Shown here: one piece after another, positions 8,146 through 17,485 of the stretch
Numbering within the stretch: position 1 is the first letter of the stretch
Layout: every line of letters starts with the position of its first letter
Source of the DNA: an uncultured Myxococcales bacterium
GTDB taxonomy: Bacteria > Myxococcota > UBA4151
DNA length: 64,000 nucleotides
Direction of reading: 5' to 3'
NCBI GenBank assembly: GCA_964013405.1
Contig: CAXGWI010000001.1
Coordinates: 32,001 to 96,000, forward strand
Notes under the pieces: generated by a model
Told to the model about the DNA's origin: nothing
The model's input: the letters and a program-made list of their open reading frames with translations, nothing else
The model's database searches: none
Program-made: the position numbers and the translations under genes

Positions 8146-10157
8146 TTGGTCACCTCATCACTGGAGGGGTTGGATCGTGTGGGCTCAGCCGGCGCCTCGG
8201 TCTCATCCTCGCTCGGCACCGCCTCCATCTCGACGACCGGTAGATCACGGGCCACCCGAAACCCCACCTCAGGAAGCCGGTCCCGCCGCAACAGCGGCAA
8301 CCGGGTCGTGGCCGTCACCACGGCTCCAGGGTCCTTGTAGGAGCCTCCTCTGACGACCCGTTCCACGGGGCTCCCTCCAGACCAAACCACCCCTTCGACG
8401 GGGGCGTCCTGATAATTGCCATGCCATGGGTCTTGCACCCACTCCGAGAGGTTCCCGATCAGGTCACAGACCCGATATTCGCTGCGCCCTTCATCCCGAC
8501 TACACACCGGCGCACTTTTTCCTTGGCCGCAGCCAGGTCCGAGTTCGTTGACCACCGCTCGCTGGCAATGGGGAACCTCCCCACCCCAGGGATAGAGGGA
8601 CTGACGCCCCGAACTCCGGGCGGCGAACTCCCATTCCGCTTCAGTCGGCAACCGACCACCAGCCCACTTGGCAAAAGCCGTCGCCTGGTACCAATCGAGG
8701 CAGTTAACGGGGAGTTTCTCCTCGGTTTTCCGCTTCCAATTGCAAGCATAGCCACTGTCCGGCTCACTGCAGAGCCCATCTTGAACACAGGCTTTGTACT
8801 GGGTGACGGTGATCTCGGTGCGGCTGATTTGGAAGCCCCTCACACGGACGGTGTGCATCGGCCGCTCAACGGCGGGACCGTAATTTCGACCCATTTGAAA
8901 ATCGCCGCCCTCGTGGGTCACCCAAGCGATTCCCGAGGGGCCCGGCTGAACCCGTGGTAGACCGAGCCCCTCAAGCACCCGTCCCTCCTTCTCGGCAAGG
9001 ATTTGCGCCTGCAAAGCCTGCTCTGCCTGCTTGGGCCGAAGATAGTCGCTCAGATAGGTCTCTTTGATCGTCTTGAGTCGCTCGCGGGTTTTCCGCACCC
9101 ATTGGTTGTCCGTGCCGGTGCGGGTGGCGAAATCGAGGCCTGCACTCCAAGTCCGCATGGCTTTTTTTAGCAAGATCACCGTCTTTTTCGTCAACTCTTC
9201 CCGGTAGAGTTCCTGCTGCAGCGGGGTCAGATCCGAGGGCATCGGAATCCCCTGAATGTGCTGGTACAGATCGTCGTACATCGTGCCCACTTGATGGGCT
9301 GAGGCCGTGGCCCAGCCTCGATGCCGAGCATAGATCCCCTGAACATAATGCTTTTGGGCAGCCAAAAGGTGGTCGCACTTATCGTCGAGGCGGTTGGCCA
9401 TCTCATCGGCCGTCTCCGTTCGCCCCAAATCGACCTGTCGAAAGCGGGCCCGGTCCGCCTCCCCCAGATAGAAGTGGGCCTGACCCAGATAATATTGAAC
9501 CTCTAAGAACTCCTGAGCCTGGCGGGCCCGATAGAGGGAGAGCCCGGCAGCCAACTGAGTCTCGGCCGCAGCCAACTGTCCTTGCATGAAGAGGGAGACA
9601 CCCAGGCTAATATGGGCTGCGATCGTCATCTCCGTCGGCATGGCGAAGTCCTCAAGGAGCTCCCGAAAGATCTCTTCGACGGCGCCATAGTCTCGCTTTT
9701 CTGCCGTACAAACCCCCTTACGAAAGAGGGCATCAACATAATCCTCGGGATCTTCGCTCGGGTCTAAGCCGTCCATGAATTCGGCCAAGCGGGGCAGCGC
9801 CTCTAGGCAGCGTCCTAAATTTTGCAGCGCATCGGCCGAACCGAAGAGAGCAAACGAGCGCTCCAGCGAATCCGGATAGACGGCGAGCACCCGGTTCCAG
9901 GCCCGCAGAGCCTCCTCCCAGCGCCCGCCGGCTGCAGCCAGGCGAGCACGTTCGTCCAGTTCCCGGGCTTCCAGGCCCTGCAACGGATCTGGGGCTTTGT
10001 CCGGCTGGGCAGGCTTCGGCACATGGGCCACGATCACCGTGGGTGCGAAATGCAGCTTAGTGACCTTCTTCTTCGCCACTCGGGCCGGTTCTTTTCCCCG
10101 CTCGGCTGGCGCCGTCGCACAGGCACCGAGGCAACATGCAAGAAAGAGCCTTCTCAT
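8142..10157 (-). CDS. TPR lipoprotein fused to a C-terminal FGE-sulfatase (SUMF1-like) domain
   Basis: Lipobox LGAC; TPR helices; FQMG, TEIT, PVNC, RLPTEAEWEFAAR, GNLSEW, RGGS, GFR. Confidence 0.85.
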   Translation of the reverse strand: MRRLFLACCLGACATAPAERGKEPARVAKKKVTKLHFAPTVIVAHVPKPAQPDKAPDPLQGLEARELDERARLAAAGGRWEEALRAWNRVLAVYPDSLERSFALFGSADALQNLGRCLEALPRLAEFMDGLDPSEDPEDYVDALFRKGVCTAEKRDYGAVEEIFRELLEDFAMPTEMTIAAHISLGVSLFMQGQLAAAETQLAAGLSLYRARQAQEFLEVQYYLGQAHFYLGEADRARFRQVDLGRTETADEMANRLDDKCDHLLAAQKHYVQGIYARHRGWATASAHQVGTMYDDLYQHIQGIPMPSDLTPLQQELYREELTKKTVILLKKAMRTWSAGLDFATRTGTDNQWVRKTRERLKTIKETYLSDYLRPKQAEQALQAQILAEKEGRVLEGLGLPRVQPGPSGIAWVTHEGGDFQMGRNYGPAVERPMHTVRVRGFQISRTEITVTQYKACVQDGLCSEPDSGYACNWKRKTEEKLPVNCLDWYQATAFAKWAGGRLPTEAEWEFAARSSGRQSLYPWGGEVPHCQRAVVNELGPGCGQGKSAPVCSRDEGRSEYRVCDLIGNLSEWVQDPWHGNYQDAPVEGVVWSGGSPVERVVRGGSYKDPGAVVTATTRLPLLRRDRLPEVGFRVARDLPVVEMEAVPSEDETEAPAEPTRSNPSSDEVTN

Positions 10158-11221
10158 GGCCCATCAACCTCAACTGCCTCGCCGGCTGGCTGAGCCAAAT
10201 AGGGCAGCAAAAGGGTGAGCTCCTCCAGCGATTTGGGCTCCGATGGCAAGCACGGCACGGTAAAGCGAGGCAGGCCATCGGCCCAAGCTGTCTTTGCGGC
10301 AACGCGCGCCCGTTGCGCTGCTGCCTCCGTCGCTGCCAGGTGGTATTGATCGAGGGCCCAGGCTTCGAGGCCCGTTCCGGCCGCAGCCGCTCGACAGTCC
10401 GCCTCACTGGGTGGTGGCGGCACGAGTCGGTTTACCACCAGTCCGGACAGGGGTAGGTCCCGCTGACTCAACTGATCTCGAAAGGTCTCGAGATCACCCA
10501 ACTGAGCCGTATCGGCTGCACCGACCAGAACAAAACGAGTTTCGGGCCGGTACTGAAGAGCGCGCATGCGCCTACTCCGATCACGCATAAACGCGAGCAC
10601 CTCCTGCATCAACTGAAGGAAGCCGGCAAGCTCTTCGATGGTCGCCTCACCGATGAACTTCGAAAGGACCCGGCGCACCATGCCGCCACCGTGCCGGGCA
10701 GCCCGAGACATCAAACCGCCGCCTCCTCGGAGTAAACGAAGAAACTCGCCATCAAAAACCTTCCCCAGGCGCCTCGGCGCGTCGAGAAACGCCAACGCAT
10801 CGGCCGCCGGTGGTGTATCCACGACAACGAGGTCGTAGTCGGCTTCTTCCACCAGGCCGACGATGACGTCGCTGGCCACATACTCCAGGCTCCCCGGAAA
10901 CTCGCTCACCAAACTGCGGAAATAGCGGTTCCCACGGAGCGCCTCCAACTCCCGTGGCTCGGATTTGCATCGTTCAAGAACCTGGGACCAGGCCTCGCCG
11001 CGATCGATCATGGCCGCGAACAGGCCATCGGCACCGGGAACCGCTTCAGGCCGATGGGGCAGACGGCTTTGACCCAGAGCCTGGGCTAAACGGCGAGCCG
11101 GATCGACGGTAATGAGGGCCACACGCTGGCCGCGGGCTGCCGCCTCCAAAGCGAGGACGGCGCTGGTCGTCGTCTTACCAACACCCCCTGGCCCCAAAAC
11201 GAAGATCAACTCGGCGCTCAT
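10154..11221 (-). CDS. ArsA/Get3-family ATPase (subunit with Switch I Asp)
   Basis: GPGGVGKTT, TVDPARRLA, VVDTPP. Confidence 0.88.
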   Translation of the reverse strand: MSAELIFVLGPGGVGKTTTSAVLALEAAARGQRVALITVDPARRLAQALGQSRLPHRPEAVPGADGLFAAMIDRGEAWSQVLERCKSEPRELEALRGNRYFRSLVSEFPGSLEYVASDVIVGLVEEADYDLVVVDTPPAADALAFLDAPRRLGKVFDGEFLRLLRGGGGLMSRAARHGGGMVRRVLSKFIGEATIEELAGFLQLMQEVLAFMRDRSRRMRALQYRPETRFVLVGAADTAQLGDLETFRDQLSQRDLPLSGLVVNRLVPPPPSEADCRAAAAGTGLEAWALDQYHLAATEAAAQRARVAAKTAWADGLPRFTVPCLPSEPKSLEELTLLLPYLAQPAGEAVEVDGP

Positions 11222-12111
11222 CGAAGCCCCTCAAGGTTCGAGACGAGTTGATCGACCACATTCCTCGGCTGACTCACCTCATCAAATGCAACCAAGGGCA
11301 GGCCCAAGCGCTTCGCCAGACCACGAACTCGATCCCAGGCCTGAGTCTGCTGTTGCCAAGCAGCCTGCAAGAAGCGGCCAGCGTCATCATCGGCAAACTG
11401 AGGTTCTACCTCTGCTTCCTGGGCCGCGGGCATACGGTTCGCAAAGAGATAGCCCATCGCCATCCCCTCTTTTTGCGCCAAGCGCTCGCCCAATTCGAAA
11501 AGCTCTCGACAGCTCATGGAGCTGGGTAAGGTGACCAGATGGATCGCCGTCCGACCTGGGTCGGTCACCAGTTCCGCAATGTAGCGAGTATCCCGCGAGA
11601 GGGGCCCAGGGGGCACGGTCGAAACGACCTTCGATGCGGCCGTCAAAAGGGTCACCGCATGGCCACTTGCCGGCCCGTCGAGGACGATGTGGTCGAAGTC
11701 GCCGGAGACTTGGTGATAGTAGAGCTTCCCCATTTGGTTGAGTTCCCCGAGCCCAGGGACAAAATCGAGGAAGTGCCTTACCAAAGGGTTACCGAAGACT
11801 AAACGCACCACGGTATCGTACTTGAGGACAATCCGAGCGTATTCTTCTCGGGCGCTCTCACCGGTCATCGAGACGCCCCAAATCCCAGGGACAAGCTCAC
11901 GCAACTCCCGTCCGAGGGGCTGGCATTTCAGCAAGGAACTCACCCCATCGTCGCCGCCGGTCGTCGCGAGGAGGACTTTTTTATGCCCCTGCGAGGCGAG
12001 CGTCCGGGCGAGTGCGACAGCGACGGCGCTCTTACCCACACCTCCCTTTCCGGTCACCACATGGAAGACCGTCTGGGAAAGAGGCGGAGATGTGGCAATG
12101 GGCCGAGTCAT
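11218..12111 (-). CDS. ArsA/Get3-family ATPase (subunit with signature Lys)
   Basis: GKGGVGKS, PGLGEL, VLDGPASGH. Confidence 0.88.
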   Translation of the reverse strand: MTRPIATSPPLSQTVFHVVTGKGGVGKSAVAVALARTLASQGHKKVLLATTGGDDGVSSLLKCQPLGRELRELVPGIWGVSMTGESAREEYARIVLKYDTVVRLVFGNPLVRHFLDFVPGLGELNQMGKLYYHQVSGDFDHIVLDGPASGHAVTLLTAASKVVSTVPPGPLSRDTRYIAELVTDPGRTAIHLVTLPSSMSCRELFELGERLAQKEGMAMGYLFANRMPAAQEAEVEPQFADDDAGRFLQAAWQQQTQAWDRVRGLAKRLGLPLVAFDEVSQPRNVVDQLVSNLEGLR

Positions 12112-12223
12112 GATCGGAGCCCCGATTACCCGCCTTTAGCCCCGTCGTGAAGTGGCGCCTGCCGACAGGCCCTGCTACGAGGGTTTGGGAGGCCGCGTCC
12201 GGGCGCGGCAAGGAGGGCCTATC

Positions 12224-12898
12224 TTGCGGCTGACTTTCGCGCTAACTTTTGCGCTGAGTGCGTGTGGGCCAAGCCTGTCTGGCGAGTTCACGAGCAGCGA
12301 TGGAAAGCGTCAGGCCTTCGACGTCTCGGGCACGGTCGTCGCCTGGGTAGATCAAGTCGACGCAAATCTCGTGAGCCGGGAAACACCGGCCCTCAAGCTC
12401 TTCCTTTCAGGACTCCAGTTTTCTGCCGAAGACGATTTCCTCGCGCACACCGGCTCCGAACTGGCCGATCTGCAACTCCGCTTCGCAACCAGCGACGCGG
12501 TCGGTTTCACGCTGATCGATGCGAACCGCCGAGGCAAAGGCGAGACGGTCGAATTGGCCACCGCCCCGAATGCTGCGACCTGTCCCCAGGTGAATGGTCC
12601 CGTGATCGAAGACCTCGGTTGCCTCCGGGTCGCCCCGCCCCCCTTGGAAGCAGCGACCAACTTTGACGCCATTCGCCCCCTTGGTCGAGGCGCCCAACTC
12701 AAACTAGAGTTAGACGCGGGAGCTCGACAGACGGGCCAAGCGATTTCTGGCCGGATCACCCTCACCATCGAAGCAGTCGAAGGTGACAACGCGGCCGAGG
12801 TTCTCGTCGGCACCGCCGAAGGTGGTTTCTCGGGCACCCTCGTCGGTGAAAGGCTCGCAGAACGAAACATGGCCTTGCTCATGGGGTCGGGCCCATGA
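12224..12898 (+). CDS. Hypothetical lipoprotein (paralog 1)
   Basis: TTG start after AGGAGG; lipobox LSAC; similar to the next gene. Confidence 0.7.
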   Translation: MRLTFALTFALSACGPSLSGEFTSSDGKRQAFDVSGTVVAWVDQVDANLVSRETPALKLFLSGLQFSAEDDFLAHTGSELADLQLRFATSDAVGFTLIDANRRGKGETVELATAPNAATCPQVNGPVIEDLGCLRVAPPPLEAATNFDAIRPLGRGAQLKLELDAGARQTGQAISGRITLTIEAVEGDNAAEVLVGTAEGGFSGTLVGERLAERNMALLMGSGP

Positions 12899-13635
12899 GG
12901 CTGACCTGCTGCTTCTTGCTCATCACCGGCTGCGGTGGCGCTGCGGTGGGGGAGATCGAAGCTCTTGAGGGGCAGTTCGAAAACGGCCGCCGGCCTGACT
13001 TTGGCGGTACGATTTTCGCCTGGAAGGACGAAACCTTCTTCAACGCGGGCTACCAAGAACGGGAAACACCCGCCCTCGAAGTTCTCGCCACCCGTAGTCG
13101 CTTTGACCCCAGTCAGGACCTATTGCGATTCGAAGGGGATGCCTTTCTCGATTTGCAAAAGGACTTTCTTTTTGCCGACGCTTTCCGTTTGCGCTTGGCC
13201 GATGCCCAGGCCCTCGACGTCGGAAAGAAATTCCAGGTGGACTCTGAGAGCCCCGACCCAAACTTTCTCTTCGCACTCAAAATGGGCGCTGAACCGATGG
13301 AAGAGGGTGTGGCCAGGGATGACCCCCGGGAGGCCTTCCGACTCCCTGGCCACCTTGAGGCTGGCCTCGAGGTGCTCGACCGCTCAGAACAACAGATCCA
13401 ATTCCGCTTGAACGTGAGCGCTAAGCGCTGTGAAGACTTCGGCGAGGGGCCCGCTTATCTTCCGGGCGAGTTCGTTGTCACCTTCACGGCACCGTTGCTC
13501 GGGGAACGGCTCAGTGAGCACAACGTCAAGGTGCTCTTGGGTCTAAGTACCGTGCCACTACCCGACCCGAACGGATTCAGCTTCCCCGGTTTCACCCAGA
13601 ATTGTAACAACAACCCACGACCGCCAATCGACTGA
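12895..13635 (+). CDS. Hypothetical lipoprotein (paralog 2)
   Basis: ATGA overlap; lipobox ITGC; shares RETPAL and GERL.E.N motifs with paralog 1. Confidence 0.7.
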   Translation: MRLTCCFLLITGCGGAAVGEIEALEGQFENGRRPDFGGTIFAWKDETFFNAGYQERETPALEVLATRSRFDPSQDLLRFEGDAFLDLQKDFLFADAFRLRLADAQALDVGKKFQVDSESPDPNFLFALKMGAEPMEEGVARDDPREAFRLPGHLEAGLEVLDRSEQQIQFRLNVSAKRCEDFGEGPAYLPGEFVVTFTAPLLGERLSEHNVKVLLGLSTVPLPDPNGFSFPGFTQNCNNNPRPPID

Positions 13636-13641
13636 GACACT

Positions 13642-16245
13642 GTGAACCTCGATCAACTCCAAGCAGCCTTCGACGCAAACCCGCAAAGTGCTGCCTACCA
13701 TGAACTGGTCACCGGCTATGTGGGTGCCGGCCGTATGGTCGATGCACTCATCGTGGCCCAACAGGCCGTTCAGTTCCGTCCGCAAGACGTTGCTGCCCGG
13801 CGCCTGATGGGCTGGGTCATGCTGACGCAGAACCAAATACGACCCGCGATGCAGGCCTTTGCCGAAGCGCTACAACAGAGTCCGAGCGATTCGGAGAGTC
13901 GCTTTCTCTATAGTCTGTGTCTGGAACGACTCGGCGAAACCGACCAGGCCAAGGTCCAGCTAGGCTATGTGCTCCAGGCCGTGCCGAATCACAGCGGGGC
14001 GACGGAGGCCCTGGCCCGACTCGCAGCGGGAGAAGAGCCCCCCCCTCCCCAAGAAGACAAAACGGTGATGATGAGCCTTGAGGACGTGGTGTCCTCCAAG
14101 ACCTATACGGGCTCCTTCCCCAGCGATGAGCTGGACGAGGTGGCGCTCGATGCCGATGCTGCCGCACCGGAGGAGGCCCAGCCGAGTTCGGCGTCGGCTG
14201 CCCCCATCGAGCCGCAAGCCCCGGTCGAGGGGGAACCAAGCCCAAAGGCCGAAGCGAGCGCTTCCGATGCAAACTCCCCGGCCAATGCGGCGGCCCCGAA
14301 TCAAGGAGCCCAGCCCAGCACCGCCCAGCGAGCGCAACCATCCCCCGCACCGCAACGGCAGGAGGCCCCCCGCCAAGTCCAAGCGGGGCCCCTCCAGGAA
14401 CCCGTGGTCGATGCTTCTCACCAGGGCTCCCCGCTCGTGACCGTGGCCCTGACCATCTTGGTCGCAGCCCTCCTCTTTGGTCTCCACCATTTCTATGGTG
14501 CGTGGGCTCAGGGGGAGAGAGACGTCGCAGCGACCTTTAAAGGGGCAGAGCGGGCCTTTCTTGCTGATGGTGCGCTGCAACTCAAAAAGGCTGCAGCCCT
14601 GGCCCAGAAGGTCCTCGAGGCCAAACCCGAGAATGATCAAGCTCGAGGCCTTGCCGCCCACGCTCTTGCCCGCTTGGAAGTCGAATACGGCTTGCCCGGT
14701 CAACTCCAGCAGGCTGAGGCCTTATTGAAGGCAGGCCAGCTCCCCCTCAAGTCCCTGCACGGGCGGGCAGCGCAAGCCATGGTCCTCCGACAGGCTGGCA
14801 AGCATGCCGAGGCCAAGGCCGCGCTGAACTATACAACCCCTGATGGCCGCAAAATCAGCGTGCCGATGTTCCGCCGGGAACGAGCCCTTATCTTCGCCGA
14901 TCAAGGCCAGAACAAAGCCGCTCTCGATGAGTTAAACAAGGCCTTAGAAAAGGGGGGCACGCGGCGAGACCTACTTCTCGTGATGGCCCACTTTCAACTC
15001 CATCGTGGAACGGCAAACGCAGCGTTCTCCTACGCCACAAGAATGACCTCAAGTGCGGATAGGCTGCACCAAGAGGTCAAACGGTCACAGGCCGCGCTGG
15101 CCACCGCAGATCAAGCGGAAAAGTCGAGTAAAGAAGCCATTCCAGCGCTCAAAGAAGACTTGGCGAAGCTGAAGGCGAAAGTTGATCAGCAAACGGACAA
15201 GAAGCCCACCGAAGACCAAGCTAAAACACTGAAGGCCCTCGCCACCCGCCTCGATGCTCTCGAACGCCTCGACAGGGAGCGCCCCCAACTCCGCGTGCAA
15301 CTCAAAGAAAGCCTCGAAAAATCCAAGCAAGGCATTCCAAAACTAGAGAACGCCCCGGCCCTCCTGCTCCGAGCCGCTAGCCTGTCGATGCGGGAGAACC
15401 CCGCGGTGAAGAAAGCCATGGGAGACCTTGATCGAGCCCTGACCTTAAAGGACTGTGACGATTCAGCGCTGGCCCCGGAATTTGCATGTATCAGTAAGGC
15501 CCACCGACAAAGAGCCCTCGCCATGAAGGCTGCTTTGGCCCAACGAATCGGTGATGAAGAGGCGGCAAAGGCAGCCCGGAAGCAAGGGTCCAGCCCCGAT
15601 GGGATCAGTCTTCTCATCGAGGCCAGGACGGCGATGGACCAAAGACGATTTGACGAGGCTAAGGCCTTCACCGCCAAAGCCTCTGCTGCCGAGCCCCAGT
15701 CGGCCCTTCCTCAACTCCTGCAACTGGACATCGTCACCCGCAGCCCAGAGCCGACTCGGGATGATGCGGCCTTCACCAAGCTGATCAAGGCCTACCCCTC
15801 CCTCAAAGCTCGAGGTCAGCTGATGGCCATCGAACGCAGCAGCCGGGCGAAGGATCTCAGCGATGCGCAAAGTCGCATCCAGGCCTATCAGAAGGATTTC
15901 CCCAGCCAAACCCGCTACGCTCGCTATCTAGAAGGTCGGGCCAACTACTTCTCAGAGCGTTATCCCGAGGCTTTGAAGATCTATGAAGAGGTCCTTGAAC
16001 AGGCCATTGGCCGGGGCGACATGGCTCTCGGTCATCGAATCATGGTCAGCATGATGAGGTGCTACGGCAAGATGCGCCGGGTCGCGCCCATGAAAGCACT
16101 CCTCAAAGACATCTTGGCCGACAACCCGCGACAAGCGGAAGCCTTGTACATCGCTGCGGTGCTCCTCAGAGACCAAAAGGCCGAGAAGACCTTAAACGAA
16201 AACCTCGCGGCCACCCGGTGGAATCTGGCTCTAAAGGCTCGATAG
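13642..16245 (+). CDS. Large bitopic TPR membrane protein
   Basis: N-terminal TPRs, Pro/Ala/Gln linker, one TM (LVTVALTILVAALLFGL), C-terminal TPR and coiled-coil region. Confidence 0.8.
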   Translation: MNLDQLQAAFDANPQSAAYHELVTGYVGAGRMVDALIVAQQAVQFRPQDVAARRLMGWVMLTQNQIRPAMQAFAEALQQSPSDSESRFLYSLCLERLGETDQAKVQLGYVLQAVPNHSGATEALARLAAGEEPPPPQEDKTVMMSLEDVVSSKTYTGSFPSDELDEVALDADAAAPEEAQPSSASAAPIEPQAPVEGEPSPKAEASASDANSPANAAAPNQGAQPSTAQRAQPSPAPQRQEAPRQVQAGPLQEPVVDASHQGSPLVTVALTILVAALLFGLHHFYGAWAQGERDVAATFKGAERAFLADGALQLKKAAALAQKVLEAKPENDQARGLAAHALARLEVEYGLPGQLQQAEALLKAGQLPLKSLHGRAAQAMVLRQAGKHAEAKAALNYTTPDGRKISVPMFRRERALIFADQGQNKAALDELNKALEKGGTRRDLLLVMAHFQLHRGTANAAFSYATRMTSSADRLHQEVKRSQAALATADQAEKSSKEAIPALKEDLAKLKAKVDQQTDKKPTEDQAKTLKALATRLDALERLDRERPQLRVQLKESLEKSKQGIPKLENAPALLLRAASLSMRENPAVKKAMGDLDRALTLKDCDDSALAPEFACISKAHRQRALAMKAALAQRIGDEEAAKAARKQGSSPDGISLLIEARTAMDQRRFDEAKAFTAKASAAEPQSALPQLLQLDIVTRSPEPTRDDAAFTKLIKAYPSLKARGQLMAIERSSRAKDLSDAQSRIQAYQKDFPSQTRYARYLEGRANYFSERYPEALKIYEEVLEQAIGRGDMALGHRIMVSMMRCYGKMRRVAPMKALLKDILADNPRQAEALYIAAVLLRDQKAEKTLNENLAATRWNLALKAR

Positions 16246-16305
16246 CTCCCATCTCTCCCCAATTGTCAGACCCCCCCTTTAGGCTTGTCTTGCCAAAGGA
16301 AGATG

Positions 16306-16352
16306 CTGATCAGGCATTCAGCATAGACAGTTGAACATTTATCCAGTACTTA
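16306..16352 (+). promoter_or_regulatory. recA promoter with two tandem LexA (SOS) boxes
   Basis: CTGATCAGGCATTCAG (16306-16321) and TTGAACATTTATCCAG (16331-16346); TAGACA-17 bp-TACTTA; the reverse complement of box 1 matches 15/17 of the M. xanthus consensus CTRHAMRYBYGTTCAGS. Confidence 0.72.
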
Positions 16353-16374
16353 ACCCCTGGAATGGAGAAACCCA

Positions 16375-17430
16375 ATGTCCCGTAAGTCTTCAGATCCCCG
16401 TCACCAAGCCCTCGACCTGGCGATCACGAGTATCGAACGCCAATTTGGTAAGGGTGCCATCATGCGCCTTGGCGATGAAAACTACCGGGCTGCCGAAGTG
16501 GAAGTCATTCCAACCGGCACCCTTGGTATCGACAGCGCCCTCGGAATCGGCGGTCTTCCCAAGGGCAGGATCACTGAGATCTATGGTCCCGAATCCTCTG
16601 GAAAGACAACGCTGGCGCTCCATGTCCTGGCCAACTGTCAAAAACAGGGTGGCGTTGCGGCCTTCGTCGATGCGGAACACGCCCTTGACGTCGGTTATGC
16701 CCGCACCATCGGAGTCAACACCGACAACCTCCTGGTCGCCCAACCGGATACCGGCGAGCAGGCTCTGGACATCGTCGATACGCTTGTTCGGTCTGGCGCC
16801 GTCGATTGCATCGTCGTCGATTCCGTGGCGGCCCTCGTCCCCAAAGCCGAAATTGAAGGCGACATGGGGGACACCCACGTCGGGCTCCAGGCGAGGCTGA
16901 TGAGCCAGGCTCTTCGGAAACTCACCGCCAGTGTGAGCCGCAGCAGTTGCTCGCTGATCTTCCTCAATCAACTACGCATGAAGATCGGGGTCATGTTCGG
17001 GAACCCTGAAACCACAACCGGTGGTAATGCCCTTAAGTTCTACTCTTCCATTCGCCTGGACATTCGCCGCATCACCTCCATCAAGGCCGGCGACGAGCTG
17101 GTCGGCAACCGGACCCGGCTCAAGGTCGTCAAAAACAAGATGGCAGCGCCCTTCCGAAAGGTTGAGTTCGACATCATGTTTGATGGCACCGGCATCAGTG
17201 CCGCCGGGGATCTGCTTGACCACGCCCTCGAACATAAATTCATCCTAAAGTCGGGGAGTTGGTTCAGCCTCGCAGATGGCGAGCGCATCGGTCAGGGCCG
17301 GGAGAATGCCCGGGCCTACCTGCAGCAAAATCAAGAGGTGGCGCAAGATCTCGACCGCAAACTCAGAATCGCCCTGGGGCTCACCCGGCAGGCTGCGGTC
17401 GCCGTGACGGAAGAAGAAGGCGAAGCCTAA
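16375..17430 (+). CDS. recA: Recombinase RecA
   Basis: [39 protein letters not shown]. Confidence 0.99.
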   Translation: MSRKSSDPRHQALDLAITSIERQFGKGAIMRLGDENYRAAEVEVIPTGTLGIDSALGIGGLPKGRITEIYGPESSGKTTLALHVLANCQKQGGVAAFVDAEHALDVGYARTIGVNTDNLLVAQPDTGEQALDIVDTLVRSGAVDCIVVDSVAALVPKAEIEGDMGDTHVGLQARLMSQALRKLTASVSRSSCSLIFLNQLRMKIGVMFGNPETTTGGNALKFYSSIRLDIRRITSIKAGDELVGNRTRLKVVKNKMAAPFRKVEFDIMFDGTGISAAGDLLDHALEHKFILKSGSWFSLADGERIGQGRENARAYLQQNQEVAQDLDRKLRIALGLTRQAAVAVTEEEGEA

Positions 17431-17454
17431 ATCCCTAGCCACAACTTATCGGTG

Positions 17455-17479
17455 AAGGGGGGAGGTGACTCCCCCCTTT
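17455..17479. terminator. Intrinsic, probably bidirectional terminator
   Basis: AAGGGGGGAG-GTGA-CTCCCCCCTT hairpin followed by T-rich sequence, between convergent recA and S41 genes. Confidence 0.8.
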
Positions 17480-17485
17480 GCGTTT

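Noticed and set aside
8142..8920. FGE/CLec domain as a diversity-generating retroelement target
   Set aside because: No reverse transcriptase, avd or template repeat seen in the window
10154..12111. Arsenic resistance operon
   Set aside because: No arsB, acr3, arsC, arsR or arsD nearby; single-domain paired ATPases
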